A stretch of DNA of 64,000 nucleotides, taken from Schmidtea nova. Lineage: Eukaryota. The notes beneath the pieces were generated by a model. That model was not told where the DNA came from. It was given only the letters and a program-made list of their open reading frames with translations, and searched no databases. Below, piece by piece: positions 1 to 9,935 of the stretch (its first letter is position 1; each line of letters starts with the position of its first letter). The stretch is taken from NCBI GenBank assembly GCA_044892505.1, contig CM097882.1, forward strand, positions 76,136,001-76,200,000, written 5' to 3'. Made by a program: the position numbers and the translations under genes.

Positions 1-648
1 GCTGGAAAACCAGTTATCCAAATAGTTGATGCAAAATTAATGGTAAGAAGAGTTCGATGTGATTCTTCAGTATTGGCCGGTCATCAAATTGGTTTAAATA
101 AAAAACATGCAATTTATCCATTAAAATCCAAAGAAATCGTATCGTTTGCTATCGGTAAAGGGGCATCGTCATTTTACAAGGAGCAAATATTTGGAGATAG
201 ACGAATGCCTAATTTCATTCTTGTGGCTTTTCAATCTGAAAATCAATATAATGGGTCTTATACCGAGTCCACATCTACATTCAAACATTTTAATGTGACT
301 TCATTAACATTGTCGAAAAATACCGATTATCGTGAAACATATACCCAGGATTTTGAAAATGATAATTTTAGTGCATCATATATGCAAAGTCTTGTCCGAA
401 ATCTAGGTTATTTGGATAAAAACTTGAATTGTGGTATTGGTCTAGATGAATTTAAATCTAGTTATCCATTCTTTACATTTGTTCTGGCTCCCGATTTTGA
501 TTTGAATCAAAGCCAAATCCCTCAAAACGGAAATTTACGACTGGATATAAAGTTTGCAAAACCTATTGATGAACCGGTTCATGTAGTTATTTATGGAGTT
601 TTTGAAAATGAAGTTCAAATTACTGCCAATAGAACAATACTGGTTTGA
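1..648 (+). CDS. Polinton major capsid protein (double jelly-roll), C-terminal part, 5'-truncated by the window edge
   Basis: Frame open from base 1; C-terminal motifs FTFVLAPD and GNLRLDIKFAKPIDEPVHVVIYGVFENEVQI are typical of Polinton/adintovirus MCP. Confidence 0.85.
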   Translation, partial: AGKPVIQIVDAKLMVRRVRCDSSVLAGHQIGLNKKHAIYPLKSKEIVSFAIGKGASSFYKEQIFGDRRMPNFILVAFQSENQYNGSYTESTSTFKHFNVTSLTLSKNTDYRETYTQDFENDNFSASYMQSLVRNLGYLDKNLNCGIGLDEFKSSYPFFTFVLAPDFDLNQSQIPQNGNLRLDIKFAKPIDEPVHVVIYGVFENEVQITANRTILV

Positions 649-717
649 GCTTAAACATTACTAGTTTGAGTTCAAACAGTATAAATGATCAAAGTTATTA
701 TTTTTATTATTCTTATT

Positions 718-1095
718 ATGGAGTAAGATTTTTAACTGATTAGTTATTTATTTTTAAATAGTTCTTTTCAGGTATTACAACAAGGTAAAAAACTATTGGG
801 AAATCAATTTATTGGAGTATTTCCTCTGGATAAAATACCTTATTTGAAAATGAATCAAGCCATCATTGTAAATACTCAGACATCTACGTTGGGTGGTGAA
901 CATTGGATTGCAGTTTACGTGAAACCAGATCGAATACATGTATTTGATCCCTTTGGATATTATTATCCTAATTTACTTGTTCGAAAACTACAAACTATTG
1001 GTAAACCTATTGTGTATAATAGAATTCGGTATCAGCATCCTTTAACAATCACTTGTGGTGAACATTGCCTTGCATGGTTGAAATCAATGTTATAA
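718..1095 (+). CDS. Adenain-like cysteine (maturation) protease; predicted join(718..722,762..1095)
   Basis: HW (His), FDPFG (Asp) and Q...CGEHC (Cys) catalytic motifs plus FIGVFPLD; the ORF has no ATG unless a 39-nt GTAAGA..TAG intron is removed, giving MDSFQVLQQGKKLLGNQFIGVFP. Confidence 0.85.
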
Positions 1096-1131
1096 ACAAT
1101 TTATTTTAATAAACTTTATTTGAAAAAAAAA

Positions 1132-1533
1132 ATGTCTTGTTATTTTATCGATTTTTATGGATATAATGAAATGGGTGCAACAACAATTAAGGAATTATGT
1201 ATTATGAATGTTAATAGTATTTTCACACCTCAGTATTATATATACAGTGATTTATCTTTATGGCCTGATCGTATAGAATCGTTTGAAGGACAAGATTATT
1301 TTTGCCCAAAATGTATAATGGATGATATTGAAGATAAAGGAGCTATTTTCTATGTAACAGATCATGAAAAGATGCATGTTTTGAAGAAGTATTTCCCCAA
1401 ATTAAGATTAATTAAATATAATTATAAAGATGTTGAATATGTTCCTGAAAACATTTCATGTCCCTATAAAGATCATTGCATGTGTGCCTATAAAGGGTGC
1501 TTGTCTGCTGTTGTTGATTATTTAAAGCAATAA
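1132..1533 (+). CDS. Small Polinton accessory protein, DnaQ/DEDD-exonuclease-like family
   Basis: ATG at 1132; N-terminal IDFYGY...IKELCI, central YVTDHEK and C-terminal C-x3-H-x-x-CA pattern resemble small exonuclease-like ORFs of invertebrate Polintons; recognised by eye only. Confidence 0.5.
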   Translation: MSCYFIDFYGYNEMGATTIKELCIMNVNSIFTPQYYIYSDLSLWPDRIESFEGQDYFCPKCIMDDIEDKGAIFYVTDHEKMHVLKKYFPKLRLIKYNYKDVEYVPENISCPYKDHCMCAYKGCLSAVVDYLKQ

Positions 1534-1684
1534 ATGTATTTTATTATTTTTTATTATTAATTATTATTAATTATTATTTTTATTATTATTAATTATAAAT
1601 ATTATTATTTTAATCATAAAGACATGACAAGTGCGTGATCAGTGCGTGATAAGCACATGATGAAACACGTCATATCATGTCTTT

Positions 1685-1845
1685 GTCACGATACAAAGCA
1701 ATATCGTGACGTCAAACACACATAAACAAAGGTACATTATGTGTGCAGCATGTGTGCATGTATTTGCCTATCCTATCTCGATTCTGATTGGTCGGTTAAT
1801 AAAATTCATCTTTATATAGTATATACTTGCATTATTTCGTCACTT
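1685..1845 (+). promoter_or_regulatory. Candidate RNA Pol II promoter of the pPolB gene
   Basis: 9-bp inverted repeat GTCACGATA/TATCGTGAC (1685-1710), CRE palindrome TGACGTCA (1707-1714), inverted CCAAT (ATTGG 1787-1791), TATATA (1813-1818) and Inr-like TCACTT (1840-1845) about 29 nt downstream, about 50 nt before ATG 1894. Confidence 0.5.
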
Positions 1846-1893
1846 TTTACTTACAAATTTTTTAAATCAATTTTAAATTAATATCAATCAATT

Positions 1894-4800
1894 ATGAACA
1901 ATATCCGAATCGTAAAGGAAAGACATCTCGCAGGAGGTGTTAATGGTAATTTTATTATTTTTATTTTTAATTTTATTATAATATATGCTTTCAGAAATGA
2001 ATATTGCGCGAAATATCGCCACAGTTATGATGCGACAAGATGACCAGTCGCCATCTAGAAATGTTGCTCCAAGAATACGAGTTGGAGAACACAATGGTAT
2101 TAGATTTTTGGGTAATATTTATTTTTATTATTACTATTATTTTTATTATTATTTTACTTTAGTTAATAATGATCGCAACAACAACAACAACAATGCCGAA
2201 GCATCAAGGATGGGTGCATTTTCTTTAATGGGACGAACTGATTGTAATTTAATTAATTTATTTTATAAATATTATTTTACAATGAATTTTTCAGTTAATA
2301 TGCCAAATGTCGATATGGACGATGAGGTTCACAATGATGCTGATGTCCCGAATATTGTCCCTAATGTTGCTGACGTCCCGAAAGTTGCTGACGTCCCGAG
2401 AAATGCTCCTATTAATCTGGATGCCCCAATTTATGGGAAGAACAAATGTATGTATTAATCATTATTGATTTATAATTTAACTTTTTTAATTTAACTTTTT
2501 AATATAAATAATACTTTTAATATATTATTTTTAAATAATTTAGTAATGGTTTATAAAAACAATTACTAAATGATTTAAAAGTATAATATTAAAAGTATTT
2601 ATGTTATAGCATTATATTATGAAATATGAATTATAATTTTTGTTAAAAGACATTTATGTACTAGAATTTTATTATGAAATATCCATTTTCAATAAAAAGT
2701 ATTTATGTTATAGCATTATATTATGAAATATGAATTATAATTTTTGTTAAAAGACATTTATGTACTAGAATTTTATTATGAAATATCCATTTTCAATAAA
2801 AAGTATTTATGTTATAGCATTATATTATGAAATATGAATTATAATTTTTGTTAAAAGACATTTATGTACTAGAATTTTATTATGAAATATCCATTTTCAC
2901 TAAAAAACATTTATGTTATACCATTATATTAGGAAATATCCATTTTACTTTTCAATAAAAAACATTTATCTTATACCATTATATTAGGAAATATCCATTT
3001 TACTTTTCAATAAAAAACATTTATCTTATAGTATTATATTATGAAATGTCTATTTTACTTTTCAATAAAAAATATTTATGTTATATCATTATATTATGAA
3101 ATATTGATATTTCAATAAAAACATTTAGGAAATAGAATTATATTATGAAATATTGATATTTCAATAAAAACATTTAGGAAATAGAATTATATTATGAAAT
3201 TTTGATTTTTCAATAAAGATATTTATGTTATATAATTATATTATGAAATATCCATTTTACTTTATATTATTTTTTATTTTCATTATATATATTGATAATT
3301 TATTTAATTATTTTTTTATTTTAAAATTCAGGTTCAACCTACAAAAATTTTTGCAACAGTAGGTTCCATAATGATTGTCATATCATTATGGAAAAATACT
3401 ACTCGATTGCATTTAATACTGTTACCCACCTCCTATGCCCCACCTGTAAACTTATCGAAATTTGCCCATATATAGACTTCTTTAATAGGCACTATAACCA
3501 TCTTTCGCAGTTTCAGCCTTCTAAGAAAATTTTATTTAAACAACTTTTTCCGAATTTTATTAATCCTATAAATAATACTATAAATAATAATAATAATAAT
3601 CTAAATAATACTATGAATAATACAAATAATATAAATGATACAAATAATATAAATGATACAAATAATATAAATGATACAAATAATCTAAATAATACAAATA
3701 ATATAAATAATCTAAATAATACAAATAATATAAATAATACAAATAATATAAATAATACAAATAATACAAATAATAAACGAAAACATATTAAAATTCCGGA
3801 TTCAGTTCCTACTAAAATTCAAATAATAGATCTCACTGATGATGAATTAATAGTCATCAGTGATGATGAAAATTTAAATAATAATCTAAATAATTTAAAT
3901 AATTTAAATAATATCCAAATCGGATATGGTGCCGTCGAAATCGTCAATGACCTAAATAACAACCATATAATTGTTAAAATGGATGTTGAAAATCTTAATT
4001 TGAAAACGGTCTCAGTACCGACAATTCTTTTAGATAAATTAACTTTTCAAGTCAACAAATATAAAACTGTTAAAATTCAATTCTGTTTGAAGGTGGAATT
4101 TGAGAAGGACGATGAATTACAATCGTTCGTTATCTCAAATTCTGCCAGGGTCTGGAGTGATACCTTCATTGAGGAAGGTATTGCTCTTTTAAATGAAAAA
4201 ATCATCGCTATAAATGAGAAAGGTAGTAACTGGACTATCTCAAAAGTTGAATACATTAGCTTTGTCTTGACCAGATACTCTGAAATAACTCGATTAAGCG
4301 GAAGTCAGTTTATCGAAACTCCGAAATCTTTAAGGAAAAAGAAATGTTTAGTAAATGTAGTAAATCAGGACAACTTTTGTTTTTTATATAGTTTGCTTTC
4401 TATAATTAAATATGACAGTTTAACAAATGAAATTCGTTGCATTCCTTCCTCTTATAATCTTTCACAATTGAATTATGACCCCAATGATATGCCTATGAGA
4501 CTTGGTAATATAAGTAAATTTGAGAGACAAAACCCAGGTTATAGCGTCAATGTTTTGTCATATGATGAAAATCCCTTATTAGATCTTATTGATGAAAATC
4601 AGGATATTGTCCTTAAACATCCTTTTATTGACTTAATTTACAAGTCAAAAGTTGTAGGTGGTACCCCAATAAATCTGTTATTGCTTCAAAACAGAAAAAC
4701 TTTTCATTATATAGGCATCTTTGATTTGAATCGCTTTTTGAATTGCCGTAATAGCGCGATAACTTCGGTAAGGATTTGTAGTAAATGGTGTCCGAGGTGC

Positions 4801-7272
4801 TTAAATGGTTTTCGAAATGATGAGGTTTTCAATAGGCATAGGGGTCTTTGTGATAAGAATCAAACTGGTACAACTTTGTACACTTTACCAAAAAATAAGA
4901 TGCTGGAATTTACTGAATGGCGCAAAACAGTGACTCCTCCCTTTGTTATTTATGCCGACTTTGAGGCAATCTTACCTGCGGACACCAGGTATTTCCAAAA
5001 GCATTTGCCTATTTCAGCCGGTTTGTTATTAATTAACAACTTTACTGGACAAAAATCATATAAATCTTTTGCCGGCCTTAATTGTGTAGAGGATTTTCTA
5101 AATGAAATAGAGCTTATAAGTCGCCACATAGTAACGCCGTACTATTATAAAAACGCTAATAAAACTATGATAATTAGCCATGACCAACAAATTGAATTTA
5201 ACAACAGCACAATTTGTTATTTATGCAAAAAACTATTATGTCGACCTGTTAGGGACCATGACCATTTCACCGGTCTTTTTCTTGGAGCAGCTTGCTCAGA
5301 ATGTAATAAAAATAGGCAGATTAGACATACCCTTCCTGTCATCTTTCACAATTTAAAGGGGTATGATCTACACCATATTCTAAAATATGGTTTATCTAAA
5401 TATCGTAAATGGAATATTAGCTGTATTCCATTAACAAGTGAGAAATTTCTGAGTCTTTTTGCTAGGATTGACTCTTTAACTGTCAAATTCATAGACTCAT
5501 ACCAATTCGTCAGCGAGTCTTTAAATAATGCTGTCAAAACTCTTACTTCCTTACCACTCACCGAATCAGAATTTCAGGGCACTATAATTACAGCCAAGGG
5601 CATTTTTCCCTATGATGCTGCACTTCCTTAGAAGTTTTACATTCTACTTTAGCTCTTCCGCCGATCTGGAAAGATGTAAAACCAGAAGAATATGCAATGG
5701 CGCAAAGAATATGGGTTGAAACATCATGTAATTCACTTTTTGATTACATGATGGTTTATTTAAAACTGGACGTTTTTTTACTTGCTGATTTTTTCCAGCA
5801 ATTTCGTTTCAAGTCTATTAATCATAATAGACTTGAACCTCTGAATTTCCTCGGGATTCCAAGTTTATCTTGGAGTTCTGCCTTAATGACCTTAGAATCT
5901 CCAATCGAGCTCCTCACCGATATGGAAATGTACAACTTTTTCGAGGGCGGTATCCGTGGCGGACTAACTTTTATTAACAAACACTATGTAAAAACAAGCC
6001 CGGATACCGCATTGCTTTACATAGACATCAATAACTTGTATGGATGGGCCTTAAGCCAACCTTTACCTTGTTCTAATTTTGAATGGGTCACAGATGACCA
6101 CTTATTAAATGAAATCGTTTGTCAGTGCACATCGGTTGATCTAGATGCACTTCATTATGGCTACACCATAGAAGTGGATTTGGAGATACCGGCATCAATT
6201 CACGACAAACTGGATGATCTTCCAGTTGCCGCTGAAAAGATGTGTGCACCGGGATCCAAGGTTGAGAAGCTGATGCTCACGCATAATCCAAAGAAGAACT
6301 ATGTTCTTCATTGGCGGCTTCTGCAACTATTTGTTAAATTAGGCATCGTGATAACAAAGGTCCACAGGGCCATAAAATTTAATCAAAGTAAAATTTTTTT
6401 AAATTATATTAATACCAACACGACGTTACGATCAGCGTCAACAACTAAATTAGATAGGGATTTTTACAAGTTATTAAATAACAGCCTTTATGGCAAAACT
6501 GTAGAAAATTTAAAAAAGCGTATTAATTTGCGCATATGTAATAATGCAGAAAAATTAATAACATATTGTTCGAAACCTACGTTTCGTAAAACAAATAAAA
6601 TCGATAATGACCTTATTTCTGTCTTGCTGCGAAAGGAGTCAGTATGTTTGGATAGACCCAGCTACATCGGTCAAACTGTACTGGATTTATCCAAACTAAG
6701 AATGTACCAGCTACAGTATGTAGAGTTACAAAAATATCGTGACGACTACAACTGTAAGATTAACATCGTCGCTGGGGATACTGACTCCTTTTTTCTTGAG
6801 GTCAAAAACTGTAGTCTTGACACTCTTTTACCGGCTATGGTTAATGATTGCTTGCTGGACACCTCTAATTATGACCCTATGGATCCTTTATACAACAGAA
6901 ACCTTGACTCTGTCATTGGAAAGTTCAAAGACGAGAGTAAAGGGATGTTGTATAAAGAGTGGGTGTTTCTTAGACCAAAATGCTACAGCTTAATGGGTGA
7001 TGAGGAAAGTATGAAAGCTAAGGGGATATGCATGAAGGATACTGGACTAACTCATCAGTCGTATCTCGATTGCTATTTAAATAATAAGATCTATACGGTC
7101 CCCCAGTTTAGGATAACATCAAAAAATCACCAGCTTTTTAGTGTGAAAAATAATAAGCGGGCATTAAGCTGTAGAGATGACAAGCGCAATTGGGTAGGGA
7201 AAAATAAAAGCCTGGCATATGGCCATTATAGAGGGGGTAACAGTATTTTAGATACGGAGCAGCCTCAGAATG

Positions 7273-7312
<40 letters not shown>

Positions 7313-7400
7313 TCAACAACAGCAGCAGCTACAACAACAGATGCAAGATGATGATCCGTATTTCTTTTACGAAGAGCCGGAGCATAATTATTTGCGATGA
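1894..7400 (+). CDS. polB: Protein-primed family B DNA polymerase, predicted spliced: 1894..1945, 1995..2111 (or 2096), 2163..2243, 2295..2447, 3332..~5622, then a 1-nt frameshift into the 5625..7400 frame
   Basis: ExoI YADFE, ExoII FHNLKGYD, ExoIII LKLDVFLL, KGIFPY, motif A YIDINNLYGWA, motif B KLLNNSLYGKT, motif C GDTDS; GT..AG introns join the upstream exons in frame; ORFs 3388..5631 and 5697..7400 are separated by a single missing base. Confidence 0.9.
2591..3260. repeat. Tandem array: three near-identical 104-nt units followed by diverged ~50-nt subunits
   Basis: Marker CTAGAA starts at 2661, 2765 and 2869 (period 104); lies inside the predicted pPolB intron 2448..3331. Confidence 0.9.
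3580..3775 (+). repeat. Asn-rich coding repeat (NNINDT/NNTNNI) in the pPolB N-terminal region
   Basis: In-frame 9-18 nt repeats such as ACAAATAATATAAATGAT. Confidence 0.9.
7270..7340 (+). repeat. CAA/CAG poly-Gln tract at the pPolB C-terminus
   Basis: (CAA)n then CAG, in frame. Confidence 0.9.
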
Positions 7401-7985
7401 TGGCTAGATATAAATCTAATAAGAAAATGGAAAAAGAAAAAAAAAATTAAGAGAAAATCAAAAAAAAAATCAAAAAATCCAAAAACAGAAAATCAAAAAA
7501 AAAACCAGAAAGATATGCGAATGCACAATCGGCCCTCTTCAGGGCCACAATTTATGATTGTAACAATCAGTTTTTAAAAATTTAGATTTTAGATTTAAGA
7601 AAACAGAAAGGAAATTCAATTGTTAAAATTTATTATGAAAACAGAAAGGAAATCAGAAAAACAGGTTGTGAAAACAGAAAATAATACTGAAAATAAAACA
7701 CAAACGAAAACCGAAAAAAAAAAAAATAAAAGAATATAAGATTGCAAAAAGAAATCAGATTGCAAAACAGAAATCAGATTGCAAAAAAGAACTCAGATTG
7801 AGAAAGAAATAATGGTCCTCTTTAGGGCCTTATTTATGATTGTAAATAATATTGCGCAATCAATAAAAACTATGAAAATATTTTATTTTGTTTTGTTTCT
7901 TTGTGTTTGAAATTATTTTTATAAGTTAATATAATTATTTTTTATAAGTTATTATAATTATAAGTTATTATTAACACTATTATTA

Positions 7986-8177
7986 ATATTATTATCAATA
8001 ATTCTCATAATGACTATAGATCAAAATTTTTTTTTATAAACAATAACACAATATTTCGGCACAGCCTTTATCAAGTGTGTATACACACTTGATAAAGGCT
8101 GTGCCGAAATATTGTGTTATTGTTTATAAAAAAAAATTTTGATCTATAGTCATTATGAGAATTATTGATAATAATAA
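7986..8177. repeat. Near-perfect spacerless palindrome (~190 nt); member of a dispersed hairpin repeat family
   Basis: Arms mirror around GTGTGTA|TACACAC (8081/8082); related sequences at ~27440-27830, ~33290-33365, ~49290-49325 and ~50335-50460. Confidence 0.9.
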
Positions 8178-9339
8178 TAAAAAAAGATCAAAGGTGAAAA
8201 NNNNNNNNNNNNNNNNNNNNNNNNNNNNNNNNNNNNNNNNNNNNNNNNNNNNNNNNNNNNNNNNNNNNNNNNNNNNNNNNNNNNNNNNNNNNNNNNNNNN
8301 NNNNNNNNNNNNNNNNNNNNNNNNNNNNNNNNNNNNNNNNNNNNNATCATTATTTTTTTTTATAAGTTATTAACACTATTATTAATATTATTATAAGTTA
8401 NNNNNNNNNNNNNNNNNNNNNNNNNNNNNNNNNNNNNNNNNNNNNNNNNNNNNNNNNNNNNNNNNNNNNNNNNNNNNNNNNNNNNNNNNNNNNNNNNNNN
8501 NNNNNNNNNNNNNNNNNNNNNNNNNNNNNNNNNNNNNNNNNNNNNNNNNNNNNNNNNNNNNNNNNNNNNNNNNNNNNNNNNNNNNNNNNNNNNNNNNNNN
8601 NNNNNNNNNNNNNNNNNNNNNNNNNNNNNNNNNNNNNNNNNNNNNNNNNNNNNNNNNNNNNNNNNNNNNNNNNNNNNNNNNNNNNNNNNNNNNNNNNNNN
8701 NNNNNNNNNNNNNNNNNNNNNNNNNNNNNNNNNNNNNNNNNNNATGATGAAAATAGTTGAACGATTAAAATGTATCAATCAAACTTTTGTTAAAAAAGAA
8801 TATGAAGTCAGATACCAAAATCAAACAGTTGAAAATGAAAAAACAGCCATTGTATTACATTATATAAGTTTATTTATATTAATAATTATAATGATGTTAT
8901 CGGCATCCATACGGCTGGAGAAGATTTCAAATATTCCAAAGAATAATATTCCGACAAATACTAGTATTCCGATGAATAATATTACAATGAATAATAATAT
9001 TCCTATGAATAATAATATTCCGAGTAATAATTCAGATGTAAATAATTTTGAAACTAAATTTTGTACACGTACACAACGATATATTTATAAATAAATTTTA
9101 TTTTCAATATCTTTGTTAATGTTGCACGTGTATTGCATTGTCTTTGTTTAAGTTGCACGCGTGTTGCAAACTTTTCGATTACTCTTATTTCTGTTGAAAT
9201 ACTTTATGTTAAAAAAAAAAAAATTTACAATAATAAATTTAGCGGTAAAAAAAAATTTGAAAAAAAAAAGAAATTTTTTTTTTTTTAAAAATTTTTGGCG
9301 CAAAAAAATAATTTTTGGAAAAAAAAAAAAAAAAAATTT

Positions 9340-9935
9340 TTAGCCCCCCCCGGGGGGGTTCAAAAAAGTTCTTTGTTTAAAATTTTTTACGCCCACGCAT
9401 TAAAAAGTTCTTTGTTTAAAAATTTTACGCCCACGCATAAAAAAGTTCTTTGTTTAAAAAAAAAAATTTGAAAAAAAAAAATTTGTAAGAAAAAAAAATT
9501 TGTGTAAAAAAAAAAAATTTATGTTAAAAAAAAAATTTGTGTTAAAAAAAAATTTTGTGTTAAAAAATTTTGTGTTAAAAAATTTTGTGTTAAAAAATTT
9601 TGTGTTAAAAAATTTTGTGTTAAAAAATTTTGTGTTAAAAAATTTTGTGTTAAAAAATTTTGTGTTAAAAAATTTGTGTTAAAAAATTTTGTGTTAAAAA
9701 ATTTTGTGTTAAAAAATTGTGTTAAAAAATTTTGTGTTGAAATAATTTTGTGTTAAAAAAAATTTGTGTTAAAAAATTTTCAAATTTGAATTTGGCGCGA
9801 AAAAAAAATTTTTCAAAAAAAAATTTAAAAATTTTTGGCGCGAAAAAAAAAAAAAAAAAAAAAATTTTTGACCCCCCCCGGGGGGGGGGTTCCGAAAAAA
9901 AAAGTTCTTTGTTTAAAAATTTTACGCCCACGCAT
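9340..9935. repeat. Complex repeat block: C-run/G-run hairpins, a ~37-nt repeat and a 15-nt tandem array
   Basis: CCCCCCCCGGGGGGG at ~9344 and ~9872; AAAAAGTTCTTTGTTTAAAATTTTACGCCCACGCAT three times plus a partial copy; (TGTGTTAAAAAATTT)n at ~9500-9775. Confidence 0.85.

Larger units (their letters stand above)
1..7400 (+). mobile_element. Polinton/Maverick (adintovirus-like) element, right part; left part lies outside the window and the right terminus was not identified
   Basis: Co-oriented cluster of capsid protein, adenain-like protease, small accessory ORF and protein-primed PolB; this gene set is diagnostic of Polintons. Confidence 0.93.

Noticed and set aside
8155-8778. ORFs here and elsewhere that consist mostly of X
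   Set aside because: Artefacts of N-gaps
8744-9094. 116-aa ORF with NNIP repeats as a Polinton gene
   Set aside because: Low complexity, begins at a gap, no recognisable motif
9480-9780. CRISPR-like array
   Set aside because: Head-to-tail repeats with no unique spacers, eukaryotic context, no cas genes
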